59,419 nucleotides of DNA, filler included, from Platydemus manokwari (GCA_037951405.1; 5 parts of 5 records of this genome joined end to end with filler, not necessarily neighbours in it), one strand, 5' to 3'. Positions 40,001 through 54,255 are shown, counted from the first letter of the whole stretch. The notes: generated by a model not told the origin, from the sequence alone. Translations and numbers: made by a program.

Positions 40001-41362
40001 ATGTTTTACAGATTCCATATTTGATTGGAATAATTACACTGAATTCTTCTCGTTACAAATATTAACTTTTAGCTTTGAGAATAATTCAGAAAATTCTCAA
40101 GTTGCTAAGGAAGTATCGACGAAGTTCTACAAGACCTGGCTAATTATTTGAATGCACATGGTAAAATTGAAATAATATTTCATATTCAAAAATCAAGTAT
40201 AACCAGCTTTGATGATTATTTTGGAAAAAAAATTGACAGAAATATTTTTTCGTATTTTCGTTTCATGAAAAAGCAGTCGCGGTTATCTTGGCAAATCAAT
40301 TGAATTGATATCATTTGTTGTGTTTAGAAATCTATTTATAACTAAAAGCCAATCAAAACTCGAATATTTTATGACTCATTCCAGTACAAGCAAAGGTAAA
40401 TTTGATTTCTACGAATTATGTATTTATTTTAAAAACACTATCGTTATTTATTTATACCAGAATAATAAATGAATTTATTATTTAAAGATGATTTGATGAA
40501 TTGTGTTTTAACTGTAATAATGTATATATTTAGTGCAATTTTAAAATAAACACGTAATTATTTAATATAATGTAGAAAAACAAACTGTTTATATTTGACA
40601 TCATATTGCTCATCGCGATTATTTCGATAGCGTTTGTTAGATAATAGATTTTCACCAAATCAATCAAAAATTGATAAAAATATTTACTAATGGGTTTAGT
40701 CGAAACCACCTCTTAGATGCCAAAGATTTTTTTATATCTAAGCGTATAATTCCTCTTATGTACATCATGTCTCTAAACTTCGTTTCCCAAGCTGAAAAGT
40801 TACTTCCAGATTGTAAATTTTAAAATCCTAAAAGGTAGTCATCAATATTTGCTGAGTAATTGTCAAGAGTTTTATGTAATTTGAAGTTTTTTACTCTTAT
40901 AAATGTGATAACACTAGGTGGGTGCACCTATACGTTAAAATCTAGCCCACAAGTTTGTATCAGGCAATTGAAGATAGTGGCGGCTTGTTGAATAAACAAA
41001 GTGAAAGTAACGTTTCTGCAATGAAGTTGTAAATATTTATATTTCTTTGATACTTTTTAATTAAGATGAATATCTTAATCCTATCATTCAGTTTATTTAA
41101 TATCCTTTGTCTTTCAATCTTTTCTCCGAGGGATACTTTTTCATTTATATTTTTAAACTTGATATCTCAGTACTTATTATTTTAATTATCTATTGAAGTA
41201 CTCTTACTTTATCCTATAAATTTAAGTAATTATATTATAAATAATAATTATAATATTCGAAGTTATCCTTTTGTAATTCTCATGGCTATTTAAGTGCAAA
41301 GCTTATGTTCATATAATATCATTATCCCTGTAATCCATATACTTATTAAATAATCATGTTAC

Positions 41363-44300
41363 CTGTAAAAATCTCTGCAATTCAGATGATTCTGACAATC
41401 TGTCATCGCGATCGGCCAACATATCCCCTAAGTCTGCCCAATAATCTTCTAAGATAGCTCGTTCTTCTCGAATTAATTCTTCATCTTCCGGCCGTTTGGC
41501 TATCAATAATTCCATCTCCACATCTAGATGTTCTAATTTTGCTCGAATAGCATCCATATCACGCTGCAATCCTCCCATTCTTCTCTGTAACTGCATAATT
41601 CCTGCTAAATCATCACCCAATTCATCGGTTGACTCTACTAGTCTTGATTTGTCTCGAATCCATTCACCTGTCTGTTTACATTCTAAAAGATACTGATTGT
41701 ATTGATACGATATTTGTAATTGCTCTCGCCGTGCTTCAACAAGATCTGCCAAAGAATTCCAAAGTTTATTCAATTCAAAACGCTTATTAATAACATCCTG
41801 TCTTTGTGGGTGATCGATTTCTGAAAGGCCTTCTGCTAAAGTATTGACGAATTCTACTTGATCGGCTTGAATATTCATTTCTTTTTCAAATCCATCGAAT
41901 CTATGACGAAATATTTCCAATTCTTCCAATTCGTCGGTTGGAATCAGGGACATCAGTAGCTTTTCTTTCTCATCAATCCATGTCTTGACAGTGTCCGCTT
42001 TTCGTAGAACTCGGAACAGAGATAATGTATCATTCAATTTGCTTTGTTTTAGACCTGCCAATTCTATTAAGGCCTCATATTGAACTTTAACGCTTGTCAG
42101 CTTTTCTTCGACGCTAATCAACTCCAGATCTCCCTCCGACAATTTATTGATCTGATCATCAATAGATTTGATATTGACTTCGTAATCTTGGATTGATTTG
42201 ATTAGTTGTGCATGCTTATGAATGTCACTAATGATTGCTTCCTCATTGATGCCAATTTCGTCGATTTTCACTAATTTAACTTGTTCAACAATCCATATTT
42301 CTACTTCTCCGCAATCAGCTAAACAGTGGAAATAGGCTAGTGATTGCTCAAGTTTCGATCGGCGATTTTCTGTGAGTTCTATTAATTCGTTCCATAGAAG
42401 TTCAAGTTCCTTCAGATTTTCAGACACTTTCGCCGCTCCAGGATTTTCATCGTAAATTATCTGTTGGCCGTTTTGGATTACGGCTTGTAGATAATTCGAA
42501 TGATTTCTCACGTCTTCCTCAATCACTTTATGTTTACTTATTAGTCTATGAACACTAGATAAATCATGTCCCAAATCAGGATTGAGCATCAATTGAATCT
42601 TTTCCTTCATCCATTGCTGTTCATCTGCAACACCCCACAGGAATTCCCACATTATTTTTGAAGCACTCAAATTATTCATTCGATTTCTCGAAAGGTCAAG
42701 CAGAGCTTCATATTGTTCTTTCAAATAGTTTGTTCGTGATAATACTTCTTCCGGATCAGCTGGCTTAAAATCACCAAGTTCGGGTCCAAAATTACTGTCA
42801 ATAAATGGTTGTGCTTCCCTTAAAATATCATCTATTTTCGTTCCAACCATTCTGATATCTATTTCGAGTAAATTATGTTTGTGGATTAAATCTTCAACAC
42901 CCATCAAATGTCTACCTATATCTTCTGTTTTCAATCTTGCAGTTAAATCATTGATAATATCTAAAAGATCTTTGATTTCTTGGAATAGTTTTTGTACTTT
43001 ATAGCATCCATCCAATCGCATCTTACGAATGGCTATCATTTCCAATAATGTCTCCCACAGTCGGATTACATTATCCCTACGACACAACACCCTTTCGATA
43101 TCATGATAGCATTCATTTTCCAATTCACTTGTGACCAAAGTTACTGAATTAACTCGTTCTTCGTAGGCTAGAATATCTGTCTTTATGGCTTCATGCTTTT
43201 TGCCAGCCGCTTCAACAGCTGCCAAATCGTGCCCGAAATTATCTTGAGTTATAAGTCGCTGATTTTCTGCTAACCACGCCTCTCTCATTCCTGCTTTTCT
43301 ATCAAAACGTAAGGCTAACTGTTCCAATTTTTCTTGTCGAATCAATTCATCTCGCAATGCTAATTCTCGAGCATGTTCAGCTTTATCCAATCGTATCCAA
43401 GCACTATTAATGTCTGAATTCAACTTTCCTTCAATGGGTAAATAAGGCATTTGATTATTGGCTCGCATTTGACTCTGAATTGCAAACAGAAGCATTTCTA
43501 AGTTGCCTTTCTCTTGGAATTTCGGTGGTTTCTCCGTCACTCGGTATGTGTTGAAAGCCGCTAATTGTTGTTGGACACCAGATAAACTATTGGCAAATGT
43601 TCGATCATTCAATAGTTCAATAGTTTGACTAATCCATTCTAAAAGATTCGATGTCAATTTATCATAATGTATCATCATTTCTTCAGTTTCCATGGATTGG
43701 GAGATAATCTTTCCCACTCGTTTCGAATGGACGGAATCGGCTTTCATTTTAGAGAAAAAATGATAAAATGTAACAACATAAGTCATAATCGATTTTTCAT
43801 CGGGATTTTCCACATTGACATCTTCCGGATCTAGTAATCGTGGAATTCCGAGTTTTTCTTCAGCAATTCTTAAAGCTAGTTCGAGATTTTCGCTTGGAGT
43901 GTTTCGTGAAAGAGCATTATATTCAATCAAGTCAGGTCTATGGCGATGAATAATTGCATTGAGAGCTAATCCATCACGCCAGCAAGTGGAAAAATTGCGA
44001 ACATTTGTATTGGGATAACCTGCAGTTTTCATTTGACACCACAACAGCAGTGCATCTTTAGCTTGTCGTTTTTCCGAAGTATCATCCTGTTCAACGACAA
44101 TATCTTGAATCTGATGTTGACGAAAGACAAGTGATTAATGTTAACACAAATAAAATATCAAAACAAAACAGACTTGAAATCTAAGAATTATCGTCCAAAT
44201 CAATCCCAGAGTTAATCGAGCATTTCCATCCACTATGTCGTGAGCACCCATATTTTCGAGATGAACACGTTGTTCGATAAGAAAATTAAGAGATTTGTCA

Positions 44301-46141
44301 ACGTTTTCCAGGCAATGTATTCTCATTTTTCCTCTTGTTGGATAAGGCTAAATAAAAACGTGTAAAATTTGCAATACATCATAGTGATATCAACAATGCT
44401 ATCCTACGGCTCACGATTATGTATTTGATTTTGATCGACAACGTTTATGTTATTAATGTATAAATGTATAAATTAAATGTATAATTTCTGTAAACATTAT
44501 TATTTGAATAAAAATTGTTTCAGCACAGTTCAACTCGGTTAATATCACCTCACTTAATACCAATAATCGATTTTTATCACCACCATTGAAAATCAATTCT
44601 ACATTTAGTTATAGATTGCTGGTAATATATTTCATTCAATATTAATTTGGTTAATATTACTAAACAAAATTAAAATTTCGTATTTTAAATGTTTGATGTC
44701 ACTTTAACAAATATAGATAGATTGGATTGGGTGCATTCAAAACATTTGCTGACAATATTAAAAAAGTACACCTAAATATTGATTGACTATTCTTGTTCGA
44801 CCGATTATGACTGCCGACAAATCCAAATGTCTCATTATATGATAGTAGTTGGCAAGAAACTTTTATCGTTTTTTAATTAATTTTAATTAGTTTTTTTAAA
44901 TTTATCTAAAAGCAAATTACTCGGTAAATATAGTTATTTTTCTCGGGATGAGTGGGTTGATATTAATTTAGCTGACTTATACTTCGAATACATTGAATTC
45001 CATTGTCGTTTTATTTAAAAGGTTTTCAGACGAAAAAGTTCAAAAGATATTGTTTACTAAAAATATAAGAACATTTCAATATATGCCTTTCCCAATAGAT
45101 CATCTGAACTCAGTCGACACTCATTGAGGAAATTGTATTGATTTACTGCCATTTATCTTGAAATTATTTCAATAAAATTATCCAATGAATTTTATAATAA
45201 AATCAATATAATCAGCATTTATAATTTTTGAAAGAAATTTGAAAGAGTAATTTTAATTATTTTGATGAATTTTAAGAAATTTTCCACAACAATTTTTATG
45301 GGTGATTTCATTCAATTTATTATAAAACCAATAATAGAAAATCAATAAAATTCCATCATTGATTTCATCGAATCAAATCACAGATGGAAGAAGACTTTAG
45401 CTAAAAAAATATTGGAAACTTAGTCTTTTGACTAAACACTTATAAATTATTTTTATTTTTATTATAAAAATAATAATTATTATTATTAATCGTAGTCATG
45501 AAATATGAATGAGCATTTATAAGCAAATTTGGTATTCTGAAAATNNNNNNNNNNNNNNNNNNNNNNNNNNNNNNNNNNNNNNNNNNNNNNNNNNNNNNNN
45601 NNNNNNNNNNNNNNNNNNNNNNNNNNNNNNNNNNNNNNNNNNNNNNNNNNNNNNNNNNNNNNNNNNNNNNNNNNNNNNNNNNNNNNAATGATAATAATAT
45701 TAAGAATAATAATAATATCTTAGTGAAAAATTAGATCAGAACGACCCCATTTCACCATATGATATAATATGGATTTAAATGGTGGTATCTAATTGTTCTT
45801 ATCAACTTTTACGAGTATCTTTCGGGAAAATATATAATATAATCATAAACAATTTCGTATATTGATATTTTCCCAGTATTATTATTATAAATATCATAAA
45901 ATTATTATTATATATATATGTGGGTGTAGATGTGGAACCAAAATTCAGAGCGGAACACATTCTCAACAAGTGCCACGCCGAAGTTTTAAATGATAATGAA
46001 TGTGAGTGAAATGGCCGTGGGTTATCGGTCCTGTTGGATACTTTAAAAGAGAAAGTCTATGAAAAGCTCTTGAATAAGTCAATTATTCGATCACCAAACC
46101 CTTATGACTAATAATTGGAATATTAATTATTGTAATAAATT

Positions 46142-46176
<35 letters not shown>

Positions 46177-46556
46177 TTTCATTATCATAATTATAATAAA
46201 ATAACGCACCAACTGTTCACCGGATAAAATTTCCAAGAGAAGCAAAAGCATTTTTCCATCCTTGAGATCATTGTATAAATCATCTATTGATTTCTTTACT
46301 TTACACAAATGAGAATTGATCCATTTTGTGAAAGTTTTTTTTTGAACATTTTCTCTCTCCCCTGAACGAATGAATAATTGAAATTAAATTATGAATTGAA
46401 ATATTATTCATATTAACCAGCTAAGGCTTTGATTCGAAATCTTTCATATAGTTTTGAGGTGCTATCTTCAGTATCCCACTCATCGTCGGTCGTAACATTA
46501 CCATTGGTTTCAGCTGTACCATTACTCCATGGTAATGTGAGAGCAACATCAGCCAT
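41363..46556 (-). CDS. beta-Spec: Beta-spectrin, 5' portion (two CH domains + first spectrin repeats); 3' exons not in this contig
   Basis: Exons 46556-46418, 46361-46210, 44347-44174, 44110-41363 join in frame: [28 protein letters not shown]-like start, [63 protein letters not shown]. Ends at donor CAG|GTAACA. Confidence 0.95.
45545..45686. other. Assembly gap (142 N) within a beta-spectrin intron
   Basis: N run without linker; spectrin exons on both sides are in the correct order. Confidence 0.95.
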
Positions 46557-47238
46557 TCTGATGATAATACGTATATGTTATTAGATATTTATGATATTAA
46601 TCAACTTTAATAGCAATTAAATTAAGATAAAATAATTTATTTACATTTCCTAAAGAATAAAAACGAAATTAGTTGTTATTACAAATTAAACGGTGATTTA
46701 AATACAATTAATTACTTATTTTAAACAAAAAAGGTTATCACAAAAAATTATTTAATTTAAAATCTTGTTTGAAAATTAATTAAATGACTACAACTTATAA
46801 AAGAATTTTGTATCTGAGATAAATTATCATTTGGTAACAATTATTTAAATAATTATATTATCATATTATTTCAGTTAATCATAGTGATCCTAAATTCACA
46901 CATAAAAATTAGATAATAAAATGCGTTGTATGCAATGAATAAATATTATACCACCCTTCAAATTATTTAAATAAATGTAACTTCTTTCCAAGTTTAAGTG
47001 AAATTATTGTAATAAGTTTTATGATTAATTACCATGTCACATTAATGTTACTTTCCATATGTGTTCAGTATAAAATAATAATTTTATCTCATAATTTTGC
47101 ATTTGATTCTTCAAGTTATTCTTATATTATTTATAGACGATGTTTAGAGAAAGTAAATAGGGTTTTGGAATTAAAATTATTTTACTGACATTCCTCTGAT
47201 TAAAACAATATTCTGTTTGTAAAGATATAAAATTTTAC

Positions 47239-47470
47239 TTTTGTTGGAAAGGCACCCCAAGAACTAGCACTCAATTCAAATAAGGAAAGATGGAGCTGAA
47301 CGATGAAGTTAACTGGAACAGCATTGTTTATCAAAGAACCAATCTCGAAAAGGCCATCTGAGGAGAAAAAATTGAAAGAACCAAACTTGAATTGACAATC
47401 CCCGATGAGGCTATCCGTTTCTCAAGATAAGTATGTGGACATTGACGAGAACTATGATCATAGATATCTC
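47239..47470 (+). mobile_element. Decayed coding fragment of an unidentified element (homologous to 48810-49050)
   Basis: FCWKGTPRTS..KMELNDEVNWNSIVYQ...VDIDENYDHRYL. Confidence 0.55.
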
Positions 47471-48809
47471 CAAATATTAATTATTCGATTTTCCAACGCG
47501 ATTGATTTTATTTAATTATCAACGATTTCCCACAGCAAACAATACTTTTATACCATATACGAATTCGAATTTCACTAATTGCACACACAAATTATTTATA
47601 TTAGTTGTCGGTTAAGTCCTTACTCGGGGCATCAAATTTGTATTTTGGGTTTTGGGACTTATAAGTTGGTATTCCCAACTCAAGTGAGTTCGGTAAGGTT
47701 AATCTAATTTATATTCAAACTAACCCTCTCGAATATCAGTCTATTATATGACAACTGCGTATTATATAAACAACTACTAATTACGATAACAACTATTTAT
47801 TACTTGAATTCAAAAACAATTATAATAAATCAAAAGTAAAGACAATTCGTTGGAAATAATCCACTATTGAAAACTATTACTAATACAAATATTTCTTGAC
47901 AATTTACAATTGAGAATTAATTTATTCAATTAATAAACCGGTCCGACACTCAATTTATTTATTTTCAAACAATCAAGATTTAAACTCTCGTTGATTATGG
48001 TTTGGGAGTGGCCGATTCGAATTTAACGAAACGATCTTATAAATACTGATTTTAAAAGATATAGATTTTAAAATATATTTAGTTCAACTTTTTCAAGCAT
48101 CGCACCTTCGAAGTTGTTCCGTTCAAACACAATATCCAATATAGACAATTATTTTGGAGTTGAAATTTATGAGCCTTCCGGGGCTTGTGAATTCGTCTTC
48201 TTGACACGAGTATAGTCGTTGACAGTTTTTCTGTTTCAAAATTAACTCTTTTATCTCTAAGAAATTGTTTTTTATCGTTAAGATTTTTATGAGCGAAGAT
48301 TTATTATTTTGGTGCCTATTTATACTATTTTAGATGTGGAAAATTAGCTTTAGAAATTTAAAATATTTTTATTTTTACAAAAGTTTAAATTCTAACTATT
48401 TTAATAACTTTGTTTAATAAATTCCATTATTTTTAGACTTTTGGATATTTATGGAAATCCCATTGAATTAATTTTGGAATTTCTATATATTATTGGCGTA
48501 CTGAAACAAATTCTAAATTTTTATAAGTTTATTTTATCTTTGCTATTACTATTATTTTAGGCGCGCTATCTATCATTTTTGTTGTCCGATTTATTTTTAC
48601 TTTATTTTTGAGTTTATTTCTATTAAAAATTTCCGCTAATTTTAAATTCTAATTGTTAACAAAATACCTTATACATCAAATAAGATATACATGTATAATC
48701 AAGGAAAAATTTGAGAAGTACAATAATATAAGGCAAAGATTATAGACAGATTCAAATGTAAGATTTAAAATCACAAAATGTTATAGACAATGAATCAAAA
48801 TGTAAGTTT

Positions 48810-49050
48810 TTACAGACACCCGAGGTCATATTCCTCGTCCATGTCTACACGCTTGTATAGCTTCCACCATCTTGACGTTTCTACTCTTGAGTCTTCTTGG
48901 ATCATCGGGTTTGTTTTGATTATTTCTTTTGGCTAACTCCGGCCGACTTTTATCCCCACGATAAACCATTCCATCCCAGTCTGCGTTCCCGTCCAGTATC
49001 ATCCTCTTGTTGTTTGAGGTATTTGGGGCAGTTTCCCAACAAAACGGATG
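48810..49050 (-). mobile_element. Coding fragment (C-terminus) of the same unidentified element
   Basis: HPFCWETAPNTSNNKRMILDGNADWDGMVYRGDK...RVDMDEEYDLGCL*, open for about 79 codons. Confidence 0.55.
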
Positions 49051-49389
49051 ATATTCTTAATCGTTTTATTATTTTTAACCCTATAAAGAATATCCAGTTC
49101 AATAATTTGATATCTTTTTAAACTCTAAAACATATGTATTGATCACACCTTTTGTAAAGTCGCGAAACTAAAATCGTTCACTGCAACCAAAAATCAAAAA
49201 CTACTCTCATCAAATCCCTAAGTAATATATAAAAATGTCTATTAGATGGTGTTATCAACTATTTATCTCATTATCTACAACCTTTCAAATTTACCCATAA
49301 TTCATCGATATCCTTAAAAGAAATTGGATGATAAATCCATAGAGCTGTGCACTTAAGTATCATTCTACATGTAGGGAAAGCATAGACCG

Positions 49390-49690
49390 GCTAGTACTCT
49401 ACTCAGATAATGAGAAGAGCGAAGAGGAGAAAACTCTATTCACCGTCAGCTCATATTATGAATGGAAACACAAAATAGCCGGTGAAAAAACACAACAGCA
49501 ACCCCAACCACAACAACGACAGAAAGAATCTGTGCATAGAGAAGCGATATTTAAAAAGCTAACCGCAACTGTAAATTTAAATCCTGCCATACCCATAAAA
49601 ACAAACCCAAAATAGGAAACTTGGGGAATGTAAAACTGCAGAGTGGATTTGGACGCCTAATGATCAACGAGAATTCGAATCTTTGACAAC
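49390..49690 (+). mobile_element. Decayed coding fragment of an unidentified dispersed element (homologous to 13120-13355)
   Basis: SDNEKSEEEKTLFTVSSYYEWKHK...PAIPIKTNPK*ETWGM*NCRVDLDA**STRI. Confidence 0.55.
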
Positions 49691-49940
49691 CCAGACAATT
49701 TTGTGAATAACAATAATTGATGACATTTAAAAAATTTTATGATTTGATCAAAAAACATTTTTATAATTTGACATATCTTATGAGCTTTGTAAATGATCAT
49801 AGCAATTTTATGATGGTGTAACAGTTTATGATTCGTTACATGAAATTATTATGTCAAAAAATATGTGTAATATACGGGTGAAATATATAATTTATAAAAT
49901 ATATAAAATATATAATTTGTTGGGGAATTGGAAAAATCGT

Positions 49941-50000
49941 CAATAAACGGTTCAATGATTTTCTGACATTCAATAAACAGTTCAATGATTTTCTGACATT
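49941..50000. repeat. 30-bp tandem duplication
   Basis: CAATAAACRGTTCAATGATTTTCTGACATT x2, one mismatch. Confidence 0.9.
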
Positions 50001-50196
50001 TTTTGATAATTAATGTTTATGCCTGATGGCATTTCTGTTTCGGTGTAATAATTTTTAATGAATTGTATTCAAGCGTAACAATGTAGTTACCATTTTTAGA
50101 AATTTTTAGAGCTTGACTGTTCAAGCATTGTAAATTTTAATGGAATTTTTTGTAGGCTTGATTAATCAAGCAGTATATTATATTTTTTTATCATAC

Positions 50197-50296
50197 NNNN
50201 NNNNNNNNNNNNNNNNNNNNNNNNNNNNNNNNNNNNNNNNTTAATTAATTAANNNNNNNNNNNNNNNNNNNNNNNNNNNNNNNNNNNNNNNNNNNN
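50197..50296. other. Artificial contig spacer
   Basis: 44N-TTAATTAATTAA-44N. Confidence 0.97.
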
Positions 50297-50312
50297 GCAA
50301 ACTTTGATATTT

Positions 50313-53300
50313 ATGTTTAGAATTAATCAGAAGAGTAGAGTTGTGGTTAGATATAATTAATTTTTTTCAATTTCAAATTTAAATTATAATTTTTATAATA
50401 TCAGAAGTTAGAAAATATCCTAAAAAGGTTATATTCTAAAAGTAACAATTCTAATTGTAAGCCTTATCAGTTATTTCAACAAAGGTTTTTAATTATAAAG
50501 TCATGTAAGAACAAAATAATTTCATTTTTAGATATAATTATTATCAACAGTCATCGTTTTTCCCGGTTTTTCTTGGAATTTCATCTTTATCAATTGTTGC
50601 AGCTGGAGTAAGTTATCATTATAATGAAGATGTTCGTGAAAAACTTCGACCCTATATATCAAAAAATACAAAACAATTTTTAGATGAATATCTTGGCCCG
50701 AATAACACCACACGACTTAAGTAAAGATTATAGAATTGTTTTTTATTTTGATTTATGATTATTAGAAAGAGATTTGCAGATTTTTCTGGATTTAGGTTAG
50801 TTTTTTCTAAGAATTATCGTTAATAATTCGATAATAATTTCTTTGATATAAAGTGTTTGGATGGATTCTCCCGGTTCATTAAAGGTTCGATTATGGTGGA
50901 TAATCAATTGGATTTGATTTTTAATTATTAGGATAAGATGAAAAATAAAATAAATCAAAAGGAAGCCAAACCTATTGAAACAGAAATGAAAGAAATGGTT
51001 CAAGTATGATGTATGTTCAGTTGTAGCATTGGCATGAATATTTTCTAGACTCCACTTTCAATCAATGAAAATGTCATTGACAATGCTCAAAAAGAAGCTG
51101 ATCGAATTATGAAATTACAAGAAGGTAAATCCAATAATGATTTATTGATCATATTAATTTTTATCTGTTAGAATTAACCGAGAAACTCACCAAGCAAATT
51201 GAACAACTTGAAGCCCAATCGACGAGCGCAATTTTACAATTGATGGAATATGGCAATAAAATCGAACAACACAGTGAGAAATTAAAACGAGCCATAGAAG
51301 ATGATGGGGTAATGAATGATATAATAATGTTTATCAGAGATATATCAATGATTACAATCCATTGTAGACAACTGTTCCGAATCCTTGGGAGGATGTCACT
51401 GCAAGTATGCATTTACAACAGACAACTAAATTGAAATCTGATGCGGAAGCAAAGAAATTCGAGTGAGTTTTGATGGTTTAATCTATAAATTTCGAATCGA
51501 TGAATTATCCTGTTTTGATAATATATAATGATTATTATTATTAATGATTTTTTGATAATTTTTCCAGATTTTGAAAGGATTTTCAATTTTTCAAATAATG
51601 ATATTTAATGTGATGTTTGTTTATTTGATTGATAATATTATGTGAGGCACATTATATGATGGGTTCTAAATCTGTCCCAATTAATATTGAATCAATTGAA
51701 TCCCAATTAGTGAGCACAGGGGAGAAATATTAAGCAATAATTCATTTATTATATTAATTAATTAATTAATTTTGAATTGTTTGTGATTTAAATGGTGTGA
51801 GTGAAGGATAAAAATAATTGATTTAATATTTGGCATTTTTCAAACCATCAATGGGATTTGATTTTATTGGAATCAATTCAAAACAAACCATTTATATCGA
51901 TTTGATGGCCAATAATCAATATGTATTTGATATGGCGATGATTTTTCCATTTTGTGCTCTTTAAACATATATCGATTATTTCATATTTTTGAATAGATTA
52001 TTATCAAATTATTCCAATATATTACAATATAATCATTAATATTTTCATTTAAATCATTCCCATTAATCACAATATAATCATTAATATTTTCATATAAATT
52101 ATTCCAATATATCACAATATAATCATTAATATTTTCATATAAATTATTCCCATATATTACAATATAATCATTAATTTGATATATATAATCATTATGATAA
52201 ATATAATCATTAGCTTGATATTTATGTTGAGTTCTGTGTTTATTGCTGTGTTATATCATTAATATAATCATTATAAATATTCAAGATAGATTATAAACTA
52301 AAGATGATTCATTTGTGATTGATATATATTTCGGCTTATACATTTAGCGGGTTATTAGGAATTCTGCGTTTATAGCCTTTTGCACCAATATTTGAAAGAG
52401 CGCTGCAGTTATATTTATCATTATATTGATATCGATTTTATATTATTACTAATTATATTTATTAATAACAATTACGAGATTCAGGCAGCTATTAGATATT
52501 ATCTAGGAATTTCGAACGATTTCTTATTTACAACACTTGGTTGTTTATGAAAATATTTGACATATTTTAACAAAAAATTAATGTCAATGCCGACAGAAAT
52601 TGTCTATAAATAATGTCTATAAATATTAGATTTAAATGCCCGTTCCCACAGTGCTTTTATAAAGAATTTCTCGTTGACTTAAATTTTAGATATCGTTTAC
52701 AAATGCATTCTTCCAGCATGGTTATGAATTCAAAATTTCACACATTTGACGATATGCTCTACATATTTTTATATTAATTATCGATATCATTTAATACACA
52801 CCAACTCAATGTTTTTAGATATTATTTATTTTGCTCTAAATATAATCAATGAAGAATACAGTAATGGCGTGCATATATCGATTGATTATCGATTGTTTCA
52901 GATTTTCCATAGAAAAATTGCAGAAAATTATTGATGATGCACTAAAATCGAATGAATTAAAAACCAATGATTTATTGAAAAAAGCTCAGCAAACAATATC
53001 TGACTCGCGTTATCGTGTTCAACAAAAGCAGGCTGACATTGAAAAAGCCCAATTTAACGCTCAAATAACCAATCAATATAAAGAATTGATTCAACAAGGC
53101 CGTGAAAGATTCAAACAGGAAATGGCCAGTCTCAGTCCAAATGTGTCCAATTGGACTAAAAAACGAACAGAAAAGTTAACAAATGAAGACTTGAACGCTA
53201 TTATTGTCCATGCTCATCGCAGAATGCATCAATTACAAGCTCGAATCGCTGAACTTGAAGCAATGGAGGTGGTGAAATTGGAGGCAGCTCTGTTGGAACA

Positions 53301-54255
53301 AATAAAGAAAGATGACGTACAAGCTGATGAGAAAGTTCAAAGAGAGTTGGAACGGGAACGACAAAAACTAGCTTTGGAAAAACAGTCGGAATTCGAAGAA
53401 TTAGGCCAGAAACATGAATTAGATTTGAAATGGGCGCTCACTCGTCAAGCAGCAGCTCATGGTGAGCATGTTAATCAGTTATTGAGAATACAGAAAGATG
53501 AGGTGGAAAAACAGCAAAATCTTGTCATTCGAGAAGCATTAATTCAAGAACGGGAACGAATGCGTGCAGCGATCGAAGGTTGGCGAATGAGAGTGGAAGG
53601 CTTGGAAGCCGCCGTTGAAGGTCGAGCGGATATGGAGCTATTGTCAAGAGAAGCACAGGATTTATGGGTGGCATGTCATGCTCTTCATGGAGTTCTGACC
53701 GGAAATGGATACACTCCACCTCTAGCTCGATATCTGTCTTCATTCCAAGAGGCCGCCCAACCAGCTAGTTTACCGGTGTTGCAAGTTTTCCTAGATTCTG
53801 TGCCTCAATGTGCTTATGAACAAGGGGTCTGCACGCAGCAATTTCTCTCCAAGAGATTCGATAAGATCAAGAAAATCTGCAAACGCGTAGCAATGATTGA
53901 TGAAACCGGAGCACCATTGGCAATGTATGTCGTGTCTTGGTTGCGCTCAATATTCATGCTCACCCCATCACAACTGATAGAGGCCGACACTGAAATCGAT
54001 CCCGAAAATGATGTCATTGACACTCATCAGATAATCGCCAGCGCTGAACGGGCGATATGTCGTCAGGATTTCGATTTGGCTGTGCGTTTATTGAATTTAT
54101 TAAAGGGTATGCCACGGGCCGTGGTTCATGATTGGATTATTGATGCTCGAAATTATCTCGAGACAAAATTAGCTGCAGATGCTCTGAGTAGCTACACATC
54201 CTCCAAAACTGCCGGAAGTATTCCACCTATTGAAAGCAGGCCATTAGAGACATGA
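50313..54255 (+). CDS. IMMT: MICOS subunit MIC60 / mitofilin, about 698 aa, 10 exons
   Basis: Exons 50313-50345, 50405-50484, 50532-50720, 50766-50795, 50854-50884, 50932-51003, 51049-51124, 51172-51308, 51368-51462, 52902-54255 (2097 nt, open). Basic presequence, TM segment FLGISSLSIVAAGVSY, DLNAIIVHAHRR, RQAAAHGEH, and mitofilin domain DLAVRLLNLLKGMPRAVVHDWIIDARNYLET. Confidence 0.92.
52006..52175. repeat. 45-bp minisatellite, nearly 4 copies, in MIC60 intron 9
   Basis: Unit AAATTATTCCAATATATYACAATATAATCATTAATATTTTCATWT repeated. Confidence 0.85.

Noticed and set aside
47606-48224. LTR-like segment TGTC...GACA with TATAAATA (similar case at about 38884-39372)
   Set aside because: Only short terminal matches and no target-site duplication; too weak to call.
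15770-50296. Recurring TTAATTAATTAA flanked by N runs as a biological repeat; linkage between genes across it
   Set aside because: Identical 100-nt spacer with stops in all six frames is an assembly joiner. Adjacency across spacers is not evidence of real linkage.
52849-52901. ORF-track start MKNTVMAC for MIC60
   Set aside because: Intronic. The exon begins at acceptor 52901/52902 and nine upstream exons supply the presequence and TM segment.
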